DNA of 64,000 nucleotides from Nemertoderma westbladi (GCA_032718475.1 JAUCBJ010003036.1:1-64000), one strand, 5' to 3'. Positions 38,101-48,421 are shown, numbered from the stretch's first letter. Notes: generated by a model not told the origin, from the letters alone. Program-made: numbers and translations.

Positions 38101-38808
38101 TTATCCAGAAGAGTTTGGGATTGGTGGGCTACGACGATCAATGGTTTTCCTAGTTGGTAGGGTAGTCAACGACTCAAGGTCGGATTGGTTCGCAATGCGC
38201 AGTGGTAAATCATTTTCTTTAATGCGAATCATAACAACTCCATTGAATGAATATACCGCTCGTATTTCGTGTTTACGTTGTAGCTCACGCGCTTTGTTGT
38301 ACAGCTCAGCCCGGGATGGAATTAGATGTTCCGTTACGTATAACGGATTTGGCAACGATTTTTTACTCCGGATAGCTTGTAGTCGAGAAGCGTGGCCTAG
38401 AAGGCGTATTATAATAGGGCGACATTTAACTTTACCGTCTCCAGCAGCCCTTTCCTTGATTTTCTTGCCTAGCCTGTGGAACACATCGATCATAGAAGGA
38501 GGAATTCCGAGTTTATTTGTAATATCAAAGACAGCGGAACGTTCTTCATCTGGGTTGGTGTTTTCTGGTACAGCATGAATTAAGATATCGTGACGGCGAG
38601 AGTACTGGGCCAACTCTTCGTTTTCTGCTTTTAGCTGCTTGTTTTCTTTGACTAGATGATCAATGTTTTTTATCATGCCGGGGATAATCTTTAGAGTATC
38701 TTTTATTGCCGCGACGTCGTCTTTGATACCACTGAGGGATTTCAATTCGCTTTTAAGGATTTCGAGAGAATCCAGAATATCGTCACCTACGTCTTGCCAT
38801 CGAGTCAT
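38101..38808 (-). CDS. LINE ORF1 (coiled coil plus RRM-type nucleic-acid binding)
   Basis: 235 aa with LAQYSRRHDILIHAVPE, FHRLGK, RPIIIRL and YVTEHL motifs typical of L1/CR1-type ORF1. Confidence 0.85.
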   Translation of the reverse strand: MTRWQDVGDDILDSLEILKSELKSLSGIKDDVAAIKDTLKIIPGMIKNIDHLVKENKQLKAENEELAQYSRRHDILIHAVPENTNPDEERSAVFDITNKLGIPPSMIDVFHRLGKKIKERAAGDGKVKCRPIIIRLLGHASRLQAIRSKKSLPNPLYVTEHLIPSRAELYNKARELQRKHEIRAVYSFNGVVMIRIKENDLPLRIANQSDLESLTTLPTRKTIDRRSPPIPNSSG

Positions 38809-38989
38809 TTTGTGAACAGTTGGTGCGGAGGGTCGGTGCTGGCCAACGAGTTTAGCGTCTTACCGGTATCGCGGTAGTTACAGAGTTAGGCCTAATTATT
38901 TTGGAGATCAGCCAGTCTGTCAGTCAGTTGCCTACATCAAGTGAAGTACCGGTACCTGTACATCACCACTCAATCCAAATCATCAATAA

Positions 38990-41900
38990 TCAATTATTTT
39001 TATCAAAATCACATTTCTGTTTAATCTTGTTATTCTTCCTTCGTTTCTCAACAGTTATCCATTGGTCAGAAGAAATTGGAGTAAAAGATTCTGCTATTGC
39101 AGGTAAACAGGTGTTTATTCGACGACCAAACATTAAAGTAGCTGGAGCTACACCGGTTGAAGAATGTTGAGATGCAGCTAATTCCATAAACCCTTGAGCG
39201 AATTCATCTGAATGAAAGTCGCCATCAACTCGTTCTAATAATAACTTGACCTTTTTCACTGCGGCTTCTGCAGATCCATTGCTTTGGGGAAATTTTGGCG
39301 AACTAGGGCACCAATGGATTGACCAAGTTTTGAACCAAATCATCATTTCTTCTGATGAAAAACAAGTTTGACCATCAGATCTGATTACTTGAGGTACTCC
39401 ATACTCCATGAATAATGCGCGAAGTAGTTTTTTTATATATGATGATGATGTTGACTCATCGCAAAGGCGAATCCACAAGAATCCTGTTAACTCATCAACA
39501 ATTATGAGAAATTCCTGGCCCCCATACTTTGCAAAGTCCGTGCACAATACCTCCATTGGCCTTGTTGCACAAGGATAGGGAGTGAGTGGTTCAGCCGGAA
39601 GTGCTGGTCTAGATCTCTGACATGCATGACACTCATTCACCACTCGTTCAACGTCATCTCCAAGTCCAGGCCAATAGAAAAGTTCTCGTGCTCTAGCTTT
39701 CATCTTCTCTATTCCTGTGTGTGACTTGTGTAATTTACTCAATAATTCTGGTATTAATAATTGAGGAGGTATAAGCCGCTGGTTTCTGAGGATAACTCCA
39801 TCATTTCCAACTGTTAACTCATGTTTTATCTTTTTAAATTTTCTTGAATAATTGTTTTTTGAGAAATCGCCGGTATTTAATGCTACTATCAGTGATTGGT
39901 AATCCTGGTCTTCCATAGCCTTTGATCGTACCTGATCTAATCCTCTGTTGGGTATGAACTCTTTAACTGCTTCAGTCACGGCTGCTGCACAAATGGTTGC
40001 AAACTGATCAATATCAGTATTATCATCTTCATCTGGAGGTGAACAAGGGTATCGAGATAATGCGTCTGCCACATTATTTTCTTCTCCTTTTTTCCACTCA
40101 ACTGTAAAATTAAATCCAGTGAGTTTTGTTCGCCAATTTAGTATTCTTTTATTTTCTATCTCTGCAAGACTTTGTATATTGAAGATTGTCGTCAGTGCTC
40201 GGTGATCGGTTTGGATTGTGAAATGTGGACATCCCTCAACGTATATTTTAGTTTTGTTAATGGCCCAGTAGATTGCCAATGTTTCAAGTTCTACTGCTGC
40301 ATAATTTTCTTCTGCCGATCGTAACATGCGGCTGCCACATTGAAGTAGTGTCCGTGGTTCATTCAACTCCCCCTCCTGGAAGAGAGCAAATCCAAGTCCA
40401 CAAGTACTTGCATCTGTTTCTAAGATGAGATGTTTACCTCGTTCAAACATTCCGAGAATAGGTGGTGACAATAAAATATCCTTTGTTTTTTCCATTGCCT
40501 CAGTGTGTTCTTGTAACCAATGAAATGTGTTACGAGTTTGTAATATATTTCGGAATGGGGTCATTGTTTGTGCTAAATTTGGAATAAATGATGCCATCTG
40601 GTTGGCTAAACCAACAAATGAGCGTAAGTCTGTTCTTGTCTTTGGAATAGGAAATGACCTAATAGCTTCCACTTTACGTGAATCAGCTGTAATATGTCCA
40701 GCTGATATATGATAGCCAACAAAGTCAATTTGTTCTGTCGCCAATACACTCTTTGTAGAACTAATTGTGAACCCATGTTTCACACAACGTTCTAGAACTT
40801 CTGCCACATTTAGAACAAGTTCAGGTAATGTCTCCTTTCCAATAGCAATATCATCCATGACTTTCGATAAGTCATCAATGCCATTGAGTGCCACATCCCC
40901 ACGGAATGAAAAGGCATCTCCAGTGCTGGAAAAACCCATGGGACTACGTAAAAAGCGAAATTTACCTTTATTTGTTAGAAAAACGGTCATCCAGGAACTT
41001 TCATTATCGAGCTCCATTTGCCAATATCCTTTTACGAGATCTATTTTAGCAAAGAATCGGTGGTTCCGTTGAAACACATTCACAGCCTCCGCAGGTGTGG
41101 GTACTCTATGGATAGTGCGATCTATCTGATCATTGAGTTTCTTCAGGTCAACACAAATACGGACATCTCCTGATGGTTTGCCAACAACCACCAGTGGGTG
41201 ACACCATGGTGTTGGTGTATCCCCAACAGGTGTGATGATTCCGCGATTCAACATATAATTTAAGGCTTCATCAACCTTTTCCTTCAAATGAATTGGGATT
41301 GGTCGTGCTGCTGTAATGGCACTTGGAGTAGCATCTTCCTTGAGAAAAAAATGCATTGGTTCTCCAACTATGGGGAACTCCTTATGTTTGCTCATGGGCT
41401 TCTCTGCCCCTGGTCTAGTCCTTTCACATCCTCTCCCTTTCCAACACTCTCCGGATCTGTGTCCTTTTACCACACATCGATGACATAGTCCGTTTGCATC
41501 TGTGTAGGCTACACGATCTCGTTTGGGCAACGCTTGCCAGTACTTGCAACTCCTGGTCTTATGGGTTCCGTCCCGATGTAATTGACATTGGAATCCTGGA
41601 TTATAGCGTTTCCTGTATAGTCCTTCACGTATCGCGCTTAGGTTTATATGTACCGATTTAATGTTTTGGTTGTCTAGACTCGGCCTACTGGGTATATTGG
41701 GATTGTGTTTATTTTTGGTGTTATTTTCTTTCTGTCCCTGCCACGGTGTGGTCCTACTACCAGCTAACTGTGGACTGGTAGTCCCCTGTACGGCCGCGTG
41801 TGGTGGTGACTGTCCGCACGACCTGCTCTCGTCCAGGGAGTTCGATGTTCTTGCTCCTATCGGGGTATATTGTCGATATTGTGATGGGGGAATGTCACCC

Positions 41901-42832
41901 TGTCCCCCCCCAGCCGGTATGTTTGGTACTGGGGTTGATGTTAATATATTGGGGCCCATACATCTATCTCCAATAACTCCCCCCTCCCCTGGATATATGT
42001 TATGTCCCTGTGTATTATAGTCATGCTGCTGTACCGATATAGGCCTACCTACCTCTCGCCTACCTACCGGTATGTACTCCGCGGCTCCCGGGTTTAACCC
42101 CGTCGCTCGCGCTACCCCATCGCCTACTCTATCTCTCCCAGCATGGCCTATAATAGTATGTGCAGTAAGGCCTACAGTATGTCCTGCAGTCTGCATGTGC
42201 CCTTTGGAACCGAAGTTTATTCTTCGCGAATCTCGAATCTCCCCGCGACTACTGCACTCTCGATCGGCAGCTATATCCCGTCGGGAAGCTTCTCTCCGAT
42301 CCCCTCTCCTGTTCTCGACTCTGTATTGGTACGTCTTGTACCCCTCTCTTGGCGTGCGGTGCGTTTCTCCGGGGCGACGGCAATCTCCCGAAGTTCGACC
42401 CCACTGGCTCCCTGACTCCATCTCTACTGTCGACGGTCCGTTATCCGTCCTCGCACTGCTATCGTTCGTGGCGACACTTCTTCTACTATCTTCTCTTCTT
42501 CTCTTTTCTGTGTAGTATTCCGGCTCGTGAGGTCTCTCGTCGACTTCCCGGTTAAACTCCACTGTTCTTCTTCTCTCTTCTGATCGGGCTCGACGCTTCG
42601 TCTGCCCTCTCGCGACGTCAACCTGCCTCTCTCTGCTCGATCGCACGCCGCTGGGGACACTCGCAATCCCCCTATTACTCTCCGTCGCCGGGTGTTGCGG
42701 TTTACCTGATTCGGCCCGCGCATTATCCGCTGACGGCTGTGGGACACTCTCTGCCCCCCCTCTCTCTCTACTAATCTCTCGCGGTGGGGTGCCCGTAGCC
42801 CCCCCCCCCCCACCCGCCACTTCTAACTTCAC
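38990..42832 (-). CDS. Chimeric ORF: low-complexity N-terminus and BEL-type zinc knuckles fused to Mag-like Gypsy RT-RNase H-integrase
   Basis: 1280 aa open; CQLHRDGTHKTRSC and LCHRCVVKGHRSGEC, then KIDLVKGYWQM, VMDD, TDAS, VELE, TDH, H-H-C-C, TDFA, RSDG, SNGSAE; no protease or capsid. Confidence 0.85.
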   Translation of the reverse strand: MKLEVAGGGGGATGTPPREISRERGGAESVPQPSADNARAESGKPQHPATESNRGIASVPSGVRSSRERQVDVARGQTKRRARSEERRRTVEFNREVDERPHEPEYYTEKRRREDSRRSVATNDSSARTDNGPSTVEMESGSQWGRTSGDCRRPGETHRTPREGYKTYQYRVENRRGDRREASRRDIAADRECSSRGEIRDSRRINFGSKGHMQTAGHTVGLTAHTIIGHAGRDRVGDGVARATGLNPGAAEYIPVGRREVGRPISVQQHDYNTQGHNIYPGEGGVIGDRCMGPNILTSTPVPNIPAGGGQGDIPPSQYRQYTPIGARTSNSLDESRSCGQSPPHAAVQGTTSPQLAGSRTTPWQGQKENNTKNKHNPNIPSRPSLDNQNIKSVHINLSAIREGLYRKRYNPGFQCQLHRDGTHKTRSCKYWQALPKRDRVAYTDANGLCHRCVVKGHRSGECWKGRGCERTRPGAEKPMSKHKEFPIVGEPMHFFLKEDATPSAITAARPIPIHLKEKVDEALNYMLNRGIITPVGDTPTPWCHPLVVVGKPSGDVRICVDLKKLNDQIDRTIHRVPTPAEAVNVFQRNHRFFAKIDLVKGYWQMELDNESSWMTVFLTNKGKFRFLRSPMGFSSTGDAFSFRGDVALNGIDDLSKVMDDIAIGKETLPELVLNVAEVLERCVKHGFTISSTKSVLATEQIDFVGYHISAGHITADSRKVEAIRSFPIPKTRTDLRSFVGLANQMASFIPNLAQTMTPFRNILQTRNTFHWLQEHTEAMEKTKDILLSPPILGMFERGKHLILETDASTCGLGFALFQEGELNEPRTLLQCGSRMLRSAEENYAAVELETLAIYWAINKTKIYVEGCPHFTIQTDHRALTTIFNIQSLAEIENKRILNWRTKLTGFNFTVEWKKGEENNVADALSRYPCSPPDEDDNTDIDQFATICAAAVTEAVKEFIPNRGLDQVRSKAMEDQDYQSLIVALNTGDFSKNNYSRKFKKIKHELTVGNDGVILRNQRLIPPQLLIPELLSKLHKSHTGIEKMKARARELFYWPGLGDDVERVVNECHACQRSRPALPAEPLTPYPCATRPMEVLCTDFAKYGGQEFLIIVDELTGFLWIRLCDESTSSSYIKKLLRALFMEYGVPQVIRSDGQTCFSSEEMMIWFKTWSIHWCPSSPKFPQSNGSAEAAVKKVKLLLERVDGDFHSDEFAQGFMELAASQHSSTGVAPATLMFGRRINTCLPAIAESFTPISSDQWITVEKRRKNNKIKQKCDFDKNN

Positions 42833-43707
42833 TATTTCTTACTACACTTCTATACCCCTCTTGTGGAACATTCTCTGCCCCCCCTCTCTCGCCACTAATC
42901 TTATGTGGTGGGGCGCCCGTAGCCCCCCCCCCACCCGCCACATCTAACTTCAATATCTCTTACTTCGTCTCTACACCCCTCTCTAGTCGACGCGCTGTCT
43001 CTACTACGGCTGGGTCTATTCACCCCCGCCTCCCTCTCTACTACTGCGTGGCCCATCAGGCCTACTTCGGGTTGGCTCAACCCCGCTACCTCCTGCCTAC
43101 TAACTACGTGGCCTGCCAGGCCGCCGTCGGGTTGGCTCAACCATGCCACCTCCTGCCTACTAACTACGTGGCCTACCAGGCCCCCGTCTGCCGGGTTATG
43201 TACGTCCGACACGCTCACATTAATAGCACCATTCCCAATATTATTTGTTAAATCAATTAAATTATTAGAATTTGAAACGGGATTATTATTTAAATTATTT
43301 AAATTACTTAGATCACTACCATTCTCTAAACTTAAATTATTATTCGAATTATTTTGCGAGTTTGAATTGAAATTATTATTTAGAGTATTTGTATTTAAAT
43401 TACTACTACCTGGTAAAATATTATTATTTCCTGTAATAAAGGGATTAGGGTTATCTACTACGGTACTATTAATATTAACATTTCTTAACGTACTACTACT
43501 ACCCCCCCCCCCCCCGCCCGTACGGCTACACCAGTTCTGGCTCTCTCGCCCGGTGCCTGTAAGTGGGGTCTCACTCTCTGACAGTTCCAACCGCGCCAGT
43601 TTTAGTCGGCGCTGATTCAGTTCGGCTTGATATTGCGCAAGCCTCCCTATCCGGGCACATAAATCATCCCGCTCACGCTCTTTCTCTATCTCTCTCTCTC
43701 TGTACCC

Positions 43708-44757
43708 TCATAAACTTTGCTCGGCCGTCTCTCTCGCAAGCATATCAAACCAGCTCGCCGGCTCGCTCTCTACTCTCATCTCCCGATCTCTACGCTCCTC
43801 GGCTCTCTCTCTATTCTCCCTTGCAAACTCTAATAATCTGGTTTCACTCCTCAGTCGCCCCTCTAACTGTTTCTGCTCTGCCGCCGCCATTCCTAATTTA
43901 AACTTTAGATTTATCTTCAGCACCCTTCTTTCTTTCGCGGAGGATGTAGCAGACTTATCGGTTGCGACGGACTCCCGTCGCCCCTCCGTCCTACCAACTT
44001 TCCCCCGCTTCCCGGAACTTCCTCCAACCGACGAGACCGAATCCTCGGAGTTAACCTCGGATTCGCCCTCCCCAGGTCTCTTCCAACCCACTAACTTAAA
44101 TTCCCTGGCATCGACTAAGTATGGCCCTATGTACACTACACCAGGCCCCATACCCCTACGTTGCCATAGCCAAAACAGTTCGAAGGCAACCCCTCTCGCT
44201 CTCTCCCTGGCCAGTTCTCCCTGCCCAGAACGCACTAGGTGATCAAAGTATCTGTTCGACTCACCTAGTCGTCTCCTCAGTCTCACCTCGTCTATCTTCG
44301 CCCCTCCTTTGGCCTCTCTCAGTTGCTCCCGGGTCGCGAGGTAGGCCCGTCGAAGTCGATCAGAAACCCCGACGTCCTCGTCGCCGACCTCTCCTCCGTC
44401 TCTCCGGGTCCGACGTCGTACCGACGGCCCCACCGTCGCCGTTCCGGTGGACCGTTCGTCGTCCTCAGCCTGTGGCTGGCCGGTGACATCGGTATGTCGA
44501 CCCTCACTCCGCGTCGACTCGTCTTTCTCTTCTCCTCCCTTCTCGTCTCCTTCCCTCGACTCGCTCTCCGGTTGTAGACGACCCCCCACATCTTGGTTCG
44601 CCGGGTTGCTCGTTATCGACGTGGCGTCAACCTGCGTCGACGTGGTCGGCGTAGCATCGATCGGCGTCGTGGGTTCGTATCGTCTCGCCGTGGCCTCGCG
44701 GATCGTTAGATCGTCGTCCGGGGTCCGCGGCGGTGTCGTTCCTCTATCTCGACTCAT
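43708..44757 (-). CDS. First ORF of element B, charged/low-complexity protein of unknown function (possibly an extended Gag N-terminus)
   Basis: 349 aa starting ~90 nt after the LTR; GQGELARERAR...YIGPYLVDAREFKLVGW is conserved in element A (23856-24416). Confidence 0.55.
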   Translation of the reverse strand: MSRDRGTTPPRTPDDDLTIREATARRYEPTTPIDATPTTSTQVDATSITSNPANQDVGGRLQPESESREGDEKGGEEKDESTRSEGRHTDVTGQPQAEDDERSTGTATVGPSVRRRTRRDGGEVGDEDVGVSDRLRRAYLATREQLREAKGGAKIDEVRLRRRLGESNRYFDHLVRSGQGELARERARGVAFELFWLWQRRGMGPGVVYIGPYLVDAREFKLVGWKRPGEGESEVNSEDSVSSVGGSSGKRGKVGRTEGRRESVATDKSATSSAKERRVLKINLKFKLGMAAAEQKQLEGRLRSETRLLEFARENRERAEERRDREMRVESEPASWFDMLARETAEQSL

Positions 44758-44846
44758 CTTCGTCTTTAGTAGCTGGTCGTCGCTAGCTAGGACGGTAGCT
44801 CTATTCTATCTCTGTCAGGGCAGCTGGGCGGATCTGATTCTGTCAC

Positions 44847-45372
44847 TGTGACGGGATCTACGGATCCCGGTTTATCCGTTGGGTTTTCTATCCACGCGTC
44901 CCCGCCGTGTGTGAAAGGTAAAAGAGTTCTGGTGTTCGGTTATATGTATAAGGTATAATAGTCTGATATATATATAGTATAACACAACAGGTAATATAAG
45001 TATGATGGCGGTAGCGGACGGTGACAGAAGTCCCCGTTCCACCCTACTGATCTGACTGAGTAAACTGAATGAATGATTACAGGTTACTGGTTATATTGCA
45101 CGGTGGCCTTATTGCTACTCAATCGATGCCTTGCCCCCCTCTGATTGGTTGATATCCCTGTTGGCACCCTTTGGAGTGTTTCCCTTCACTCCCTGTGTTC
45201 TCTCTCGGTTAGGGGTTTGGCCCCTGACCCTTATTGTGTGTGTCTCCTTTGGGGCCTATTGTCCCCGTTTACTGGGCTGACACGAGGTTGATTGGTAATC
45301 AACCTCGTGCTCCCAATATTGCTTTATGTCTCACTCTATGGGTTTGTGTTAGCGGAATTGGATAAGCTAACA
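44847..45372 (-). repeat. Element B 5' LTR
   Basis: TGTTAG...GTCACA on the minus strand; flanked by the CTGAA TSD. Confidence 0.93.
45064..45095 (-). promoter_or_regulatory. Putative TATA box plus Inr of LTR B
   Basis: Minus strand TATAA (45091-45095) and TCAGT (45064-45068). Confidence 0.6.
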
Positions 45373-47460
45373 CTGAAGGAGTCGGGTTAGGTCTGGATCA
45401 GTCTTCTGAGCTTTTGCCATGTCGGCAAAATCGATAGTGACTGGCAGGATGGGTGCTAAGTCAATGGCATCGTTCGTAAACGGTGTGGATGCAGCATCGG
45501 AGGCTGACCTCGACATTGCGTCGGCAACAGCATTGTCTCTCCCTGGAAGGTGCACCAGGTCAGTAGTAAACTCGGAGATGTAACATAAATGGCGGATCTG
45601 GCGTGGTGTCCTATCTGCAGATGATGTGATGACGCCGACCAATGGTTTGTGGTCGGTAAAAACAGTGAATTTTCGCCCCTCGACGTACCAGGCAAAGTTC
45701 CTGATGGCCAGGTAGACTGCCAGTAGCTCACGATCGAAGGTGCTGTATTTAGTTTCAGCCAACTTCATTTTTGCTGAAAAGAAGGAGAGAGGAACCCACA
45801 TTCCATCCTGGAATTGTTCAAGGACAGCGCCGACTGCACGGTCAGATGCATCTGTGGAGATAGCAGTAAGGGCTCCCTCTCGGGGAAAAGCAAGAGTCGC
45901 GGCATTGAGCAGCAGCATCTTGACCTCCTGAAATGCATGAAACTGGGGCCAATTCCACTCCAGTCGTGTTGGTTTACCTGCCAGAACCTTGTGGAGAGGT
46001 TGGAGGACGTGGGCGGCATGGGAGAGGAAGCGTCTATAGAAGTTTATGACACCCAAGAACTCCTGAAGGTCTCTGACTGTTACCGGTTCTGGGTACTGCT
46101 GGATTGCATCGATTCTGTCAGATGGTGGGTGGATGCCATCAGCAGAGATGGAGTGTCCCAGGATTGTGAGACTAGGAACACCGAAGACACACTTTTCAAG
46201 GTTGATCACCAGCCCATTTGCTGCGAGACGCCCACATAGCATCCTGACATCCTTCTCATGGTCAACCATCCCACAACTACCGATGAGAATGTCGTCCTGG
46301 TAGGGCTTGGAGGCTGGCACTGGTTCGCATACCTCATCCATCAGTCTCTGCTGTGCCTGAGATGCATTGGACAGTCCAAACCCGACTCTGGTAGACTCGA
46401 ACAGGCCGAACGGAGTCGTTATTGCTGTCTTTGCTATGTCGTCTTCATGGACAGGGATCTGATTGTAGGCGCGTTTGAGGTCAATCTTAGTAAAGAGATT
46501 GCAACCTGCGAATGTGTGTGCAAAGTCCTGGATGTTGGGCAGTGGGTATGAGTCATCCTCTGTGATTGAGTTCAATTTGCGGTAATCACCGCATGGGCGC
46601 CAAGAACCATCTGGCTTTGGCACCATGTGGAGTGGGCTGCTCCAGGCGCTCTTGGACCGCCGCATGCTGCCATCGGCAACTTGCCCAAGAATGACTCTCT
46701 TGGCAATTGCCAACTTTTCAGGAGAGAGTCTGCGTGGTTTCGACCGGACAGGCGGCCCATGGGTAGGTATATGGTGGGTTACACCATGGGCGACTGTCTT
46801 CGAAGAGAAATCTGGCTGAGTAATCGACGGAAACTCGGCCAGGATGTCATTCCAGCGACTGCTGGAAGATGGCAGGAGGGAGGAGATGCTTGGGCAGTGC
46901 CCATATGCCAGGATCTGGAGGGAGGCAAAGTCGATGCAAACACCCAAAAAGCGGAGGATGTCTAGGCCAATGATAGGGCAGATGACATCGGCGACAGTGA
47001 ACAACCAAGAAGTCGGTTCATGGTGTGGCAGTGCCACAATCTGTCGCCTGAATCCATAAGTTTTGATGTTGGCACCATCTGCTGCACGGAGCGACCCGGT
47101 AGGGTCGCCATAGCGGTCCCCCGCAACAGCGGGAAGGACGGAAACAGTTGCACCCGAGTCGACCAGGAATTTGACACCAGACTCCTGGTCCCGGACATAC
47201 ATGAGAGAGGCCCCAGCACTATAGGCGGACCCACCTACAGCATAGATCGACCCATGGAGGAAAAGCAACGGTTCGACGGTGCCGTTGTCTCGCACATGAG
47301 AGATCAGGCCATTGTAGTTGACGCCGGTCGCCTTGCCTATTGGCGACCGGCACGTGCGTTTCCCGCCGATAACGACTTGGGTGTCGAGGAAGCGGATGGA
47401 TGGGAACATGGATCGTGGCATGTGCGGGCAGCATTGCCGAAACGGGTGTGGTAAAAGCAC
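45373..47460 (-). pseudogene. pol: Element C pol, PR-RT-RNase H part (interrupted by B)
   Basis: FLVDSGATVS, KIDLKRAYNQI, YQDDIL, TDASDRAVGA and ADAMSR in one open frame. Confidence 0.93.
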
Positions 47461-48386
47461 ATTCCTTTGCTCGCCGAGACTGTGTTCCAGTCTTTGTGTG
47501 AGCGGAAGCTGCCGGCTGGGGTTTTCTGCGACTTGGCAATCATATAGGTAGTAGCAGCCATCGGAGACTCCCGGACGATGATGTCGGCCTTCTCCGCATA
47601 AATCTCGAGTGGAATAGTATCATCCGCCATGATCCGGCGGACTTCAACCGGCATGCAGGACATGAAGTGTATGCGGAAATCGGTTGACTGTGGGGCATCT
47701 GACAGCGCCTCCATGCGGGCGAGCAGATGCGATGGCTTTTGGTCGCCGAGCGAGACGATCTTGGCCAGATCCTGTGCACGGTCGTAGCTCGATTTGGCAA
47801 AGAGGCGGATCAGTTTCAATTTCAGTTCGAGGTAGTTTGTGCCAGCATTGTTGGGATGAAGAACCTCGTTGTTTACCAGGTCGAGTGTGCTGTCATCGAT
47901 ATCAGCGATAAGTCGGACAAACTTATCCTGGTCTGCCACTATTCCCCTCTGCTCGAATGCGCTCTCGACTCGGACGAAGTAACGGCGAATTTCGGTGGTC
48001 GAGAATGGCGGTAGTTTAAATGGGAGAGGGACTTGGTGGGCGATCGCCGCTCTGGCAACTCCTGCCTGGAGGATAGGAGACTGTTGGATGATGGCGGTAG
48101 CAGCATCAGCGTGGGTTGGCGGAACCGTCGCATCGGCTGGCTGACGATCTCTGTGAGCTGGGGTAGGCATTTCGAGGGCTTCCACAGCGGCGAGAGCATC
48201 GGCTGGGCCCACATGGAGAAGGGCCAAGTTGCCCGGGTCCTGTCTGATCAGCAGGATAGCAACTGGGTTTTGGGTGAGGGCTGCCGCTGCGACTTGGGCA
48301 TTGTGGATGAGTTGTTCCGCCTCTTCCCTCAACTCGTGGGGGGCGTTGGCGATCGCCTGGATTTGGTCCGCCAGCAACTTCACCAT
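47337..48386 (-). CDS. gag: Element C Gag
   Basis: 349 aa with FKLPPF, LGDQKPSHLL and CFYHTRFGNAARTCHDPC (CHCC); overlaps the pol frame. Confidence 0.9.
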   Translation of the reverse strand: MVKLLADQIQAIANAPHELREEAEQLIHNAQVAAAALTQNPVAILLIRQDPGNLALLHVGPADALAAVEALEMPTPAHRDRQPADATVPPTHADAATAIIQQSPILQAGVARAAIAHQVPLPFKLPPFSTTEIRRYFVRVESAFEQRGIVADQDKFVRLIADIDDSTLDLVNNEVLHPNNAGTNYLELKLKLIRLFAKSSYDRAQDLAKIVSLGDQKPSHLLARMEALSDAPQSTDFRIHFMSCMPVEVRRIMADDTIPLEIYAEKADIIVRESPMAATTYMIAKSQKTPAGSFRSHKDWNTVSASKGMCFYHTRFGNAARTCHDPCSHPSASSTPKSLSAGNARAGRQ

Positions 48387-48421
48387 TATGCTGCGAGTTC
48401 AGATCTCGTCTGGGTCACCAG

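Larger units (their letters stand above)
33876..38990 (-). mobile_element. Full-length CR1/L2-group LINE
   Basis: ORF1, intact ORF2, and a 3' end reading AATAAA-TTGAAAATTGAAAAAAAAA on the minus strand at ~33877-33903. The 5' boundary is approximate. Confidence 0.9.
31163..45372 (-). mobile_element. Element B: BEL/Pao-derived LTR element with captured Gypsy pol and LINE
   Basis: 526-bp LTRs at 31163-31688 and 44847-45372 (5 differences seen); 5-bp TSD CTGAA; PPT GGGGGGGAG next to the left LTR; backbone homologous to element A. Confidence 0.92.
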
